DNA of 64,000 nucleotides, from contig JBBRLQ010000018.1 in NCBI GenBank assembly GCA_038231275.1, positions 1 to 64,000 of the forward strand. The letters are read 5' to 3'. Both the position numbers and the translations under genes were made by a program. How positions within the stretch are numbered: position 1 is the stretch's first letter; every line of letters starts with the position of its first letter. A model generated the notes under the pieces. The model was not told the origin of the DNA. It saw only the letters and a program-made list of their open reading frames with translations, and did no database searches. Below are positions 49,036-58,013 of this stretch, piece by piece. The stretch is from Polyangiales bacterium (GTDB lineage: Bacteria > Myxococcota_A > Polyangia > Polyangiales > Polyangiaceae).

Positions 49036-49127
49036 CGCCGAACCCTGCGAAAACCCCTGCGGCGAGCGTGCCGCTCCGCCGAGAACCTCGCGAAGATCGC
49101 GAGCCTCCGCGGGATCCCCAAACGCGC

Positions 49128-49156
49128 TTGACACGTCCAATCCTGCCGCGTAAGTT
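49128..49156 (+). promoter_or_regulatory. sigma70 promoter of rplM-rpsI
   Basis: TTGACA-17 nt-TAAGTT. Confidence 0.8.
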
Positions 49157-49251
49157 CCGCGCCCCCGAACGTTCCGGGGGATTTTTCCGGCCGCTTCTCG
49201 CCGCCTTCGGTGAAAAGCGCCCGATCCGTGATGAAAGGCTTGTCTCCGGTC

Positions 49252-49698
49252 ATGTCTCAAAAGACCTTTGCCGCCAACGACGTCAGCGCCCAAGCCAGCC
49301 GCGTCTGGTTCGTCGTCGATGCCGCCAACAAGCCCCTCGGCCGCCTCGCGAGCGAAATCGCAACGGTTTTGCGCGGCAAGCACAAGCCGACCTTCACGCC
49401 CCACGTCGACACGGGCGACTTCGTCATCGTCGTGAACGCGGACAAGGTTCGCCTCACCGGCAACAAGCTCGACAACAAGTTCTACTACCGCCACTCCGGC
49501 ATCCCGGGCGGGTTCAAGCAGGAGAGCTACCGCCACCTCCTCGCCCGCAACCCCGAGTTCCCGATCGAGAAGGCCGTGAAGGGCATGCTCCCCAAGAACG
49601 TCCTCGGCCGCGAGATGCTCACCAAGCTGAAGATCTACGCGACGGCCGACCACCCCCACGCGGCGCAAAAGCCCCAGCCCCTGAACGTGAAGCTCTAA
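49252..49698 (+). CDS. rplM: 50S ribosomal protein L13
   Basis: [33 protein letters not shown]. Confidence 0.99.
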   Translation: MSQKTFAANDVSAQASRVWFVVDAANKPLGRLASEIATVLRGKHKPTFTPHVDTGDFVIVVNADKVRLTGNKLDNKFYYRHSGIPGGFKQESYRHLLARNPEFPIEKAVKGMLPKNVLGREMLTKLKIYATADHPHAAQKPQPLNVKL

Positions 49699-49701
49699 GC
49701 C

Positions 49702-50097
49702 ATGGCAACCGATCCCCGCACCTACGCGACCGGCAAACGCAAGACCGCCATCGCCCGCATCTGGGTCAAGCCCGGCACCGGCGTCATCACCGTCAACACG
49801 GTCCCCGCCGATCAATACTTCGAGCGCCCGACCTCGCGGATGATCATGCGCCAGTCCCTCGAGCTCATCGAGGCGATCGACCAGTACGACGTCACGGCCA
49901 CGGTCATGGGCGGCGGTCACTCGGCGCAGGCCGAAGCGATGCGCCACGGCATCTCCCGCGCCCTCATCGCCATCGACCCCGAGCGCCGCAGCGTCCTCAA
50001 GCGCGCCGGCTTCTTGACGCGCGACGCGCGCAAGAAAGAGCGCAAGAAGTACGGTCAGCCCGGCGCCCGAAAGCGCTTCCAGTACTCGAAGCGCTAA
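49702..50097 (+). CDS. rpsI: 30S ribosomal protein S9
   Basis: [27 protein letters not shown]. Confidence 0.99.
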   Translation: MATDPRTYATGKRKTAIARIWVKPGTGVITVNTVPADQYFERPTSRMIMRQSLELIEAIDQYDVTATVMGGGHSAQAEAMRHGISRALIAIDPERRSVLKRAGFLTRDARKKERKKYGQPGARKRFQYSKR

Positions 50098-50100
50098 AGC

Positions 50101-50763
50101 TCAGAAGCGCTCGGCCACTGCCACGACTCCGAGGCCGCCGAGGACGGCGTGCGCGGAGATTGGGCGGAGGCCTGCGTCTGCGAGCAGCGCGGAGAGCGTT
50201 TGCTCGGTGAATCGCACGTTCATTCGCGCGGCGATGCGCCAGAGGGCGATCGATGTGAGAAACCTCGGGTCGGTTCCGACCGAGAAGAGCTCGCGCAGCG
50301 AGACGCGTCCGCGTCGTGGCTCCATGAAGATTGCGCGGCCGCCGGGTCGAAGCAGGCGCACCACTTCGCGGAGGACCGCCACGCGGTGCGGGACCAAGTA
50401 GAGGAAGCTGTGGCCCGTCACGACGTCGAACGATCCGTCGGGGAACGGCAGCCTCGCTGCGTCCTCCACCCGGAGATCGATGCGCCCCCGAACGTCCTCG
50501 GTGCACGCCGCCACGTTGCGCTTTCCGTTCGCGATCATCGCCGGCGAGATGTCGATCCCGACGATCTCCGCGTCGGGACACGCCTTCGCTTCGGCGATCG
50601 CGGTCGCGCCTGGGCCGCACCCCATGTCGCAAATCCGCCGCGTCCGGTCCGGGAAGTGCGCCACGAGGTCCGCGTTGGCGCGGTCCCAAACCTCTTGCGA
50701 CGTCAAATAGCCGTAAATTCCGGCCCCGACGTCGAACACCTTGACGCGCCAATCGATCGCCAC
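50101..50763 (-). CDS. Class I SAM-dependent methyltransferase
   Basis: DMGCGPG, GIDISPAM, DAARLPFPDGSFD, LRPGG. Confidence 0.92.
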   Translation of the reverse strand: MAIDWRVKVFDVGAGIYGYLTSQEVWDRANADLVAHFPDRTRRICDMGCGPGATAIAEAKACPDAEIVGIDISPAMIANGKRNVAACTEDVRGRIDLRVEDAARLPFPDGSFDVVTGHSFLYLVPHRVAVLREVVRLLRPGGRAIFMEPRRGRVSLRELFSVGTDPRFLTSIALWRIAARMNVRFTEQTLSALLADAGLRPISAHAVLGGLGVVAVAERF

Positions 50764-50795
50764 GACCGCCCACCTACCATGCTAAAACCCTCTTC

Positions 50796-51791
50796 GTGAA
50801 GACGGTCGCCCTCCGAAAGTGGCTCGCCTCCGCCGGCCTCGTCGCTGCGTGCGTCTTCACGACCGGCGTTCCGCGCGACGCGGAGGCGTCCATCGTCGAG
50901 CGCGTCGTCGCCGTCGTCGGCGAGCGCCCCATCCTCCTCTCGGAGCTCCGACACCGCGCGCGCCCGCACCTGTACCGCATCCTCGCGACGACCCCCGACC
51001 CCACGCGCCAGGCCGCCCTCGAGACCGAGCTGTTCCGCGATTTGCTGAACCGCATGATCGACGATCGCCTTGAAGAGCAGGCCGCCGACAAAGCCCACCT
51101 CGCCGTCTCGCCCGACGAGATCGACGCCGCGCTCAAGAACATCGCCACCGCGGCGCGCATCCAGGTGAAGGATCTCGTCACCGAGGCGAAGAAGCAGGGC
51201 CTCACCGAGCAGGACTACCGCGACGAGCTGCGCCGCCAGGTCCTCGAAGGCAAGCTCGTGAACCTCCGCGTCCGCGGCCGCGTGCGCGTCACCGAGCAGG
51301 ACGCGCGCGCCGCGTATTCACGCGTGCTCAAGGAGATGGACAAGGAGCAGCCCGTCGACGTCAACATCCTCGCGCTCCGCATCATGCCGGGCGGCACCAG
51401 CGAGCAAGCGAAGGCGCGCGAGGTCCTCGCCGCCGATCTCGCCGCCCAGGCGCGCGCGGGCAAGGACTTCTGCCAGCTCGTGAAGGCGTATAGCGACGAT
51501 CAGACCACGCGCGAGACATGCGGCTCACGCGGCCCGCAGCCGATGAACATGCTCGTCCCCGAGCTCCAGGCCGCGCTCCGCGTCATGAAGTCGGGCGAAG
51601 TCTCGGATCCGATCAAGATCGGCAACGAAGCGCTCCTCGTCGTCCGCCTCACGCAGGAGGTCCGCGTACCCGCCTTCGAGCAAGTCAAAGATCAGATGAT
51701 GGAGCGCGCGTACGGCGAAGCGATGGAGCGCCAGCGCAAGCAGTGGTTGCTCGAGCTGCGGCGCGGCATCTACATCGACGTCCGCTTGTGA
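50796..51791 (+). CDS. SurA-like chaperone/parvulin PPIase
   Basis: IVERVVAVVGERPILLSEL, YSDD, WLLELRRGIYIDVRL. Confidence 0.88.
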   Translation: MKTVALRKWLASAGLVAACVFTTGVPRDAEASIVERVVAVVGERPILLSELRHRARPHLYRILATTPDPTRQAALETELFRDLLNRMIDDRLEEQAADKAHLAVSPDEIDAALKNIATAARIQVKDLVTEAKKQGLTEQDYRDELRRQVLEGKLVNLRVRGRVRVTEQDARAAYSRVLKEMDKEQPVDVNILALRIMPGGTSEQAKAREVLAADLAAQARAGKDFCQLVKAYSDDQTTRETCGSRGPQPMNMLVPELQAALRVMKSGEVSDPIKIGNEALLVVRLTQEVRVPAFEQVKDQMMERAYGEAMERQRKQWLLELRRGIYIDVRL

Positions 51792-52807
51792 GCCGCTAAC
51801 CCTCTCCGCGCCCACGGCGGCCACCGACGGAATGCCGCACTGAGCGGTCGCTCGACGAATTTGGCGCTGAGTAGCGCGACGGCCACCGACGCCGCGATGC
51901 ACACGGCGAGGCGTGCCGCGATCGGAACGCCGCGTGTCACCTTCATCGCTGCGCCGATCACGTTGGGGTGAAGGAGGTAGAGCGAATACGACGCATCCCC
52001 GAGCACGCGCAGCGACGGGAGCGAGCGAAGTCCGTGTCGCGCTTCGATGGTTACCGTCCCCAAGACGACGAGAAACGCCGGCACGCCGCACCAGAGGAAT
52101 CGCCTCGGGCCGAACGCGTCGAGCCCGCTCGACGCGACGAGCGTGAACCCCGCGATCCCGACCGGGACGAGCGCGGCGCCCGTCCCGAGGCGAGGCAGAG
52201 CGCCGGCCAGCCACGCGCGCCCGAGGAGAACGCCTGCGATGAACTCGAGCAGGAGCGGGCTCGTCAGCTCGACGAGCACGATGTGCGTCGGTGGAAATAG
52301 CCACCGAAAGACGACGAGCGCGCCGAACGCCGCGGCAAGCGCCGGAATGCGCGCGGGCCGGCGGAGGAGCATGCTCGCCGCGAAGCATGCGTAGAAAAAA
52401 ATCTCGAGGTTCAACGTCCAGCCCGGCGCGACGACCGGGAAGGGTGAGCCATCGGGCGCGATGTGCGGGATGAAGAGCAGCGAGAGGACCAGATGTCCGA
52501 GGGAGAGCTTCAGGTTCGGAAACATCGCCGGCACGATCGTGGCCGCTGCCGCCGTCCCGCCCGTGACGAGCCAATAGAATGGAATGACGCGCGCGGCGCG
52601 GCGGTGAAGGAACGTCGCCGGCGTGATATCGCTCGCGGTCGTGTACTGCATGATGAAGCCGCTGATGACGAAGAAGACGTCGACCCCGGCGGCGCCGATC
52701 TCGAAGCCGAGATTGAATCGCGACGCCGCATGGAAGGCGACAACCGCGAGGGCGGCGAACCCTCGCAGCCACTGGATGCTCTCGATCGATGCGGCCTTTC
52801 CCGCCAT
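51770..52807 (-). CDS. Acyltransferase-3 family O-acyltransferase (ExoZ-like)
   Basis: SIQWLRGFAA..VV.FH, GVDVFFVISGFIM, GWTLNLEIFFY, LGDASYSLYL.H. Confidence 0.92.
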   Translation of the reverse strand: MAGKAASIESIQWLRGFAALAVVAFHAASRFNLGFEIGAAGVDVFFVISGFIMQYTTASDITPATFLHRRAARVIPFYWLVTGGTAAAATIVPAMFPNLKLSLGHLVLSLLFIPHIAPDGSPFPVVAPGWTLNLEIFFYACFAASMLLRRPARIPALAAAFGALVVFRWLFPPTHIVLVELTSPLLLEFIAGVLLGRAWLAGALPRLGTGAALVPVGIAGFTLVASSGLDAFGPRRFLWCGVPAFLVVLGTVTIEARHGLRSLPSLRVLGDASYSLYLLHPNVIGAAMKVTRGVPIAARLAVCIAASVAVALLSAKFVERPLSAAFRRWPPWARRGLAAHKRTSM

Positions 52808-54006
52808 CACGCCCGCCGCGGGTTGCCCTTCGAGAGGTGCGAGACCGCCTCGGCGAGCCCGTCGAGCGTGAGCGGGCACATCGTGAAGACCTTCGACAGC
52901 ATCTCCGCGGTGCCGCCCCTCCAATACGACGGCGGGTCCGGGTTGATCCACACGCTGCGGCGGAAAAAGTCGGAGAGATCGGTCATCCACTTGATGCCGG
53001 GCTTCGACACGTCGCCGCTCGTGCCCGACGCGTAGTATTCCCAGTCGCCGGCGCCGAGGAGCTCCGCCGGGTGCATCGCCGCGTCGCCCACCACGACGAG
53101 TTTCCACTCGTGGCTCACGGTGTCGAGCACGTCGCGCACCTTCACCGGTTCGCTGAACGACTCGGTCTGGTAGAGGCGTCCGTAGATGCAGTTGTGGAAG
53201 TAGTAGGTCTTGAGCTCGCGGATGTTCGACGCGCGCTTGGCGGCGGAGAAGAGGCGCGAGACGAGGTGCGCGTGCGGGTCCATCGAGCCGCCGACGTCCA
53301 TGAGGAGGAGGACGCGCACGTTGCTCTTCTTCGGCGGCCTGAGGACGATCTCGAGCTCGCCGGCGTTCTTCGCGGTCTCGCGGATCGTCTCTTCGAGATC
53401 CAGCTCGAGCTCGCTCCCTTCGCGGCGGAGCACGCGCAGGCGCCGGAGCGCGACCTCGATTTGCCGGACGTCGAGCACCAGATCGGAGCGGTACGGTTTG
53501 TAGCGACGCGCGTCGGCGATCCCCATCGCGCTGCGCCCGCCGCCCTTCGCGCCGACGCGCAGCCCGCTGGGGTGTTGGCCGCCGGAGCCGAACGGGCTGG
53601 TGCCGCCGGTGCCAATCCAGCGGTTGCCGCCGTCGTGACGCTCCTTCTGCTCCTTCAGGCGCTGCTCGAAGAGGCGCCGCAGCTCCTCCATGTCGATCGA
53701 CTCGAGCATCGCGAGCTCCGCGGGCGACAGCTCGCGGCGCTTAAGCGGATCTTGGAGCCACTGTTCGATCTCGTCGAGCAGCGTGATGCTCGTCGACTGG
53801 ATGCCGCGGAAATGGCTGGAAAACGCTTCGTCGAACGCGTCGAGGTCCGCCTCGCGGTGGATGCAGAGCGCGCGCGCCACGTGGTAGAAACCGTCGAGCG
53901 AGCTCTCGTGAAGGCCGATGCCGAGCGCCTTCGCGAGGCTCATCGCCTCTTGCGCGCCGACCTTCACCTTGCGCGCGCGGAGCTCGAAGAGAAACTCGAC
54001 GAACAT
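52807..54006 (-). CDS. VWA domain protein (CoxE-like)
   Basis: HDGGNRWIGTGGTSPFG, MDVGGSMDPH (MIDAS), VGDAAM. Confidence 0.9.
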   Translation of the reverse strand: MFVEFLFELRARKVKVGAQEAMSLAKALGIGLHESSLDGFYHVARALCIHREADLDAFDEAFSSHFRGIQSTSITLLDEIEQWLQDPLKRRELSPAELAMLESIDMEELRRLFEQRLKEQKERHDGGNRWIGTGGTSPFGSGGQHPSGLRVGAKGGGRSAMGIADARRYKPYRSDLVLDVRQIEVALRRLRVLRREGSELELDLEETIRETAKNAGELEIVLRPPKKSNVRVLLLMDVGGSMDPHAHLVSRLFSAAKRASNIRELKTYYFHNCIYGRLYQTESFSEPVKVRDVLDTVSHEWKLVVVGDAAMHPAELLGAGDWEYYASGTSGDVSKPGIKWMTDLSDFFRRSVWINPDPPSYWRGGTAEMLSKVFTMCPLTLDGLAEAVSHLSKGNPRRA

Positions 54007-55655
54007 CAGGGGCCGCCGCCTCTTCCGCAGCGGGCGTCGCCGGCGGTCTGCGCGAAGACATCGTAGTCGCCGAGCGGGACGCCGGCGGGGATGACGAGCG
54101 CGCCGGAGTACGCACCCTTCGCGTCGGTCGCGACGGTGCCGATCGGAACGAGGTGACCCTTCCTCGCGTCACGCAGGACGATCTCGACTGGCGTGTGCGC
54201 GCAGGGCTCGCCGTCGGCGATCACGTCGCCGGTGACGTGGAGGGGCGCGCCGCGTCGTGCGTCGGCGTCCACGCTCGCGAGCTTCACGGTCGACGCCGGG
54301 CGCTCGTCCTTCTCGCTCCCCGGGCTCGCGATTTGCGGCGTGCCGAGCGCGCTCGAGGACGCGCCGGGCTTCGCGACCGCGCTGCTTCCACTTCCGCTGC
54401 CGGCCGGACTCGCCGAGCCGCCGGGCGTCGCGCCGCCGGAGCTTCCGTTGCCGTTGCCGTTCGCGCCGTTTCCGCCGGGCTGACCCGGCGCGCCCTGACG
54501 ACGCGTGCGATCGGCGAGATCCTCTCCGCGCGTCGAGCCGGGCGGCCACGCGAACGGATCGGGCGGCGGATCGTGCGCGACGCTGCTCTGCACCTGACCG
54601 CCGAGCGTGCGGCCCGCGCCGCCGAGGTCGATTCGCCTCCAGAGGATCGTGTCGTGCACCTCGACCCAGGCGTGCGCCTCGTTGACGATCATGCGCGACG
54701 GGATGCCGAGGTACTGCGCGGTCACGAGGAACGCGAACGCGCGGTGACGGCATACCCCTTTGCGGGACAGGGCGAGATCCGTGTAGATGTCGCGCCCGCC
54801 GCGCGGGGGCTCTTCGGAGTCGGCGAAGCTGCGAAAATAGGTGACGAGCTTGGCGACGGCCTCACGTGGGCGCATCGCGCGGCTCACGCCGATCTTCTTC
54901 GACACGTCCGCGGCCGATGCGGTGACGTTGGGCGGGAGCGGGGGGATCGAGGACAGCCCCTCCCACGACGCGTCGGCGAACTCGCCTCCGAAGACCGCGC
55001 GCGGCACGGTGATCTGCATCACGAGGCGCGCACGACCGGCGTAATCCGAGTCTGCGAACCAGTTCTCGGCGCCGTCACGGCCAATGCGGAGCGTGACCTC
55101 TTGCGCCTCGATGCCCGCGCGCGCGTGCACGATCCGCGCGCCGGGGCCGACGCTGGGAATGCGCACGCGTCGACCGGGCACCAGATCGAGGACCATGTTC
55201 GCGTAGAACTGCTCGTCCGAGCCGTCCGCCATCGGCACCGCGTGCGTCGACATCGGCAAGAGGTGCGTGTCGCGAACGGCCAGCGTGAAATCGGCGAGGA
55301 CCGTGTCGTACGCAATGAGCCGCTTGAAGGGCGCCGTCGAGGGTACGAACGGATCGTCGTACGGCAGGACGTCGGGCCTGCGCGTGTCGCGATCGGGGCG
55401 GAACGTCGTGTCTTGCGCGTCCCGGCTCGACGTCGGGTCCTCGCGCGTCACGGGCTTGCGCGGATCGGGCGCGCGCACGAGGCCGCTGGGCGTGTTCATC
55501 GCCGCAGGCATGTCGCCGTCGACGGCGATCGAGAGCGCGAGGTCCTCCTGCGGATCGGGCGGGATGTGCTCGTGGAGGATCGGCGCGTACGCCCCCGCGG
55601 GCGGCGCGACCGCCAGCATCGCCAGCGCGAACAAGAGGAGGACGTGCCGGCGCAT
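54006..55655 (-). CDS. Secreted transglutaminase-like domain protein
   Basis: Signal peptide; GVCRHRA, HAWVEV, WRRID triad; C-terminal Ig-like domain. Confidence 0.88.
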   Translation of the reverse strand: MRRHVLLLFALAMLAVAPPAGAYAPILHEHIPPDPQEDLALSIAVDGDMPAAMNTPSGLVRAPDPRKPVTREDPTSSRDAQDTTFRPDRDTRRPDVLPYDDPFVPSTAPFKRLIAYDTVLADFTLAVRDTHLLPMSTHAVPMADGSDEQFYANMVLDLVPGRRVRIPSVGPGARIVHARAGIEAQEVTLRIGRDGAENWFADSDYAGRARLVMQITVPRAVFGGEFADASWEGLSSIPPLPPNVTASAADVSKKIGVSRAMRPREAVAKLVTYFRSFADSEEPPRGGRDIYTDLALSRKGVCRHRAFAFLVTAQYLGIPSRMIVNEAHAWVEVHDTILWRRIDLGGAGRTLGGQVQSSVAHDPPPDPFAWPPGSTRGEDLADRTRRQGAPGQPGGNGANGNGNGSSGGATPGGSASPAGSGSGSSAVAKPGASSSALGTPQIASPGSEKDERPASTVKLASVDADARRGAPLHVTGDVIADGEPCAHTPVEIVLRDARKGHLVPIGTVATDAKGAYSGALVIPAGVPLGDYDVFAQTAGDARCGRGGGP

Positions 55656-55756
55656 TCGACCCTTAGACCGTAGCAAAAGCGCCGCGCTTTGGCGCATTGC
55701 CCCAAACGCCGAGCGCCGTACGCGATGTTCGGCTTCAACTGGCCGGCCGCGGTGCC

Positions 55757-56140
55757 TCAGTGGAAGGCGTTTGCCCGCTGATTTTGGGGTGTCTGAGGCG
55801 ACGCGTGCCACGCGCCGGGCTCGTAGAAATAGGCGCCATCGCGGGTCACGTAGCGCGGACCTGCCCAGGTGCTCCCGGCGGGGGCCTGCTCCCAGTGTCC
55901 CGGAATCCAGGCGTAATGCACCCCGGTCCAGTGCCAGTACCCGGGCACCCACGCGGCTTGCGCCGATGGCGAAGGTGGCCTCTCGTCGTTGAGCGGCGCG
56001 GGCGGCGGACCGCTCACGGACACGCCGCGCGCCGGGGCCGTCGTCACGTTGGCCACGCAGCCGATCGCACCGCACGCGCACGCGCTCGCCAGCACGAGGA
56101 TCGCCACCGTCCACCCCTGCATCGCCAAAGCACGCGTCAT
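55757..56140 (-). CDS. YXWGXW repeat (lipo)protein
   Basis: WVPGYWHW, YAWIPGHW, YFYEPGAW. Confidence 0.85.
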   Translation of the reverse strand: MTRALAMQGWTVAILVLASACACGAIGCVANVTTAPARGVSVSGPPPAPLNDERPPSPSAQAAWVPGYWHWTGVHYAWIPGHWEQAPAGSTWAGPRYVTRDGAYFYEPGAWHASPQTPQNQRANAFH

Positions 56141-56262
56141 GTCGCGCACCTCCTGGACTTCACCCACCGCCTCGACGACGACGGACTTGCGCCGCCGATC
56201 GTACGCCGCACGAGCCTACCATCTTCCCCGGCCCTGCGCCCGGACGGTGTAGGATACGGGCC

Positions 56263-57477
56263 GTGAGCAACGACACGCTCAAGTCGACGGATTTCACCGG
56301 GGTCGCCGCCGAGGTGGCCTCGGAGGTCGCGGCGCTCGATCCTGCCTACCGCGCGCGCCTCGCCGCCGTGGGCTTCGAGCCGCGGAAGCTCATCCAGCTT
56401 GCCGGCACGATCGATCCCTCGCGGAGCGCGGACTCCGCGCAGCGTCGTGACGTACGCAACCGCGTCGAAGGTGACGTGCGCGCGCCCGCCAAGGGAGAGA
56501 TCCTCGCGGCGTCGGAGGTGGGCTCCATCGAAGAGAAGAAGCTCGGCGCGATCGGCGAAGCCGCGATGCGCCGCGGCGAGCTGGCGTTCTGCGTCATGGC
56601 AGGCGGAATGGCGACGCGAATGGGCGGCGTCGTGAAGGCGCTCGTCGAGGCGTTCGACGGCCGCACCTTCCTCGACCTTCGCCTCGCCGAGAACGCGACC
56701 ATGAGCGCGAAGGTCGGACGCTCCATCCCGCTCTGGCTCATGACGAGCGAGTCGACCGACGGCCCCATCAACGCCGCGCTCCGCGCGAAGAAGGCGCCGC
56801 CCCACGTCCGCACGTTCCCGCAGGATCTCAGCCTCCGCCTCACGCCCGACGGCCACCTCTTCCTCGGAGAGGACGGCCTCCCCAGCGCGTACGCGACCGG
56901 TCACGGCGATTTGCCCGACGCCCTTCGTCGCGCCGGCCTCCTCAGCCGCTTCGTCGCCGACGGCGGAAAGTACCTGTGGATCGCCAACCTCGATAACCTC
57001 GGCGCGTCCATCGATCCGGCGATCCTCGGCCGCTTCATGGCCGAGGGCGGCGCGCAGGTGATGGTCGAGGTCTGCGACAAGGTGAAGGGCGATCGGGGCG
57101 GCATCCCCGTGCACGCGCGCGGGCGCCTCCAAGTTCTCGAAGAGTTCCGCCTCCCGAAGGGCTTCGACGCCACGACGGTCACCGTCTTCAACACGAACAC
57201 GTTTCTCGTCCGCGCCGCCGCCCTCGACGCTGCGCAGATCGCTTGGACGTACTTCGAGGTCGAGAAGAAGGTCGAGGGGCGGTCGGCGATCCAGTTCGAG
57301 CGCCTCCTCCAAGAGCTCACGGCGACGTTGCCCTCGACCTACCTCCGCGTCCCCCGCGACGGCGCGATCTCCCGTTTTTTGCCGGTGAAAGACAACGACG
57401 AGCTCGAGAGTCGCCGCGCTCAGATCGAGACGATCGCGCGAAATAGGGGCATGGCTCCGAAGTCCGAGACGGCCTAG
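56263..57477 (+). CDS. UDPGP-family nucleotide-sugar pyrophosphorylase
   Basis: AGGMATRMG..K, GHGD, NLDNL, FNTN, QFE, RFLPVK. Confidence 0.9.
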   Translation: MSNDTLKSTDFTGVAAEVASEVAALDPAYRARLAAVGFEPRKLIQLAGTIDPSRSADSAQRRDVRNRVEGDVRAPAKGEILAASEVGSIEEKKLGAIGEAAMRRGELAFCVMAGGMATRMGGVVKALVEAFDGRTFLDLRLAENATMSAKVGRSIPLWLMTSESTDGPINAALRAKKAPPHVRTFPQDLSLRLTPDGHLFLGEDGLPSAYATGHGDLPDALRRAGLLSRFVADGGKYLWIANLDNLGASIDPAILGRFMAEGGAQVMVEVCDKVKGDRGGIPVHARGRLQVLEEFRLPKGFDATTVTVFNTNTFLVRAAALDAAQIAWTYFEVEKKVEGRSAIQFERLLQELTATLPSTYLRVPRDGAISRFLPVKDNDELESRRAQIETIARNRGMAPKSETA

Positions 57478-57506
57478 ACCTCCAGGCGCTACTCTCGGTC
57501 CCCCAC

Positions 57507-58013
57507 GTGCATTTCGAGATCGTTCACGAGTTCGACATCTCGCTCGACGCCATCGAGCTCGCGGTGCTTTCGCCCGGCCTCGTCGACAAGCTCGCCGCGC
57601 GTCTGCGCAACATCGAGAAGGTGGAGCAGAAGACCCACGAGCTCACGGGCGGTCGCCTCGCGCGCGTCTGGAGCTACCAGGCGAACATCAAGATCCCGAG
57701 CTTCGCCAAGAACTACGTCACCCGCGAGATGTGCGCGTGGGACGAGGTGTCGACCTACGATCTGAAGACCCACTCCTCCGCGTGGACCATCGATCCGCAC
57801 GTGAAGCCCGAGTGGAAGAAATATTTCGCGGCGCAGGGCCGCTACGAGCTCATCCCGATGGGCGACGGGCGGACCAAGCGCGTCGTCCACGGCGATCTCG
57901 AGCTGAAGGTGCCCGTCGTGCAGAAGGTCGCGGAGAGGATGATCGTGAACGAGGTGAAGAAGACGTTCGAAGCCGAGGCCGAGACGCTGCGCGATCTCGC
58001 GACGCTCGTATGA
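57507..58013 (+). CDS. DUF2505/START-like protein
   Basis: MHFEIVHEF...GDLELKVPVV..VAERMIV; ATGA overlap with sppA. Confidence 0.75.
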   Translation: MHFEIVHEFDISLDAIELAVLSPGLVDKLAARLRNIEKVEQKTHELTGGRLARVWSYQANIKIPSFAKNYVTREMCAWDEVSTYDLKTHSSAWTIDPHVKPEWKKYFAAQGRYELIPMGDGRTKRVVHGDLELKVPVVQKVAERMIVNEVKKTFEAEAETLRDLATLV

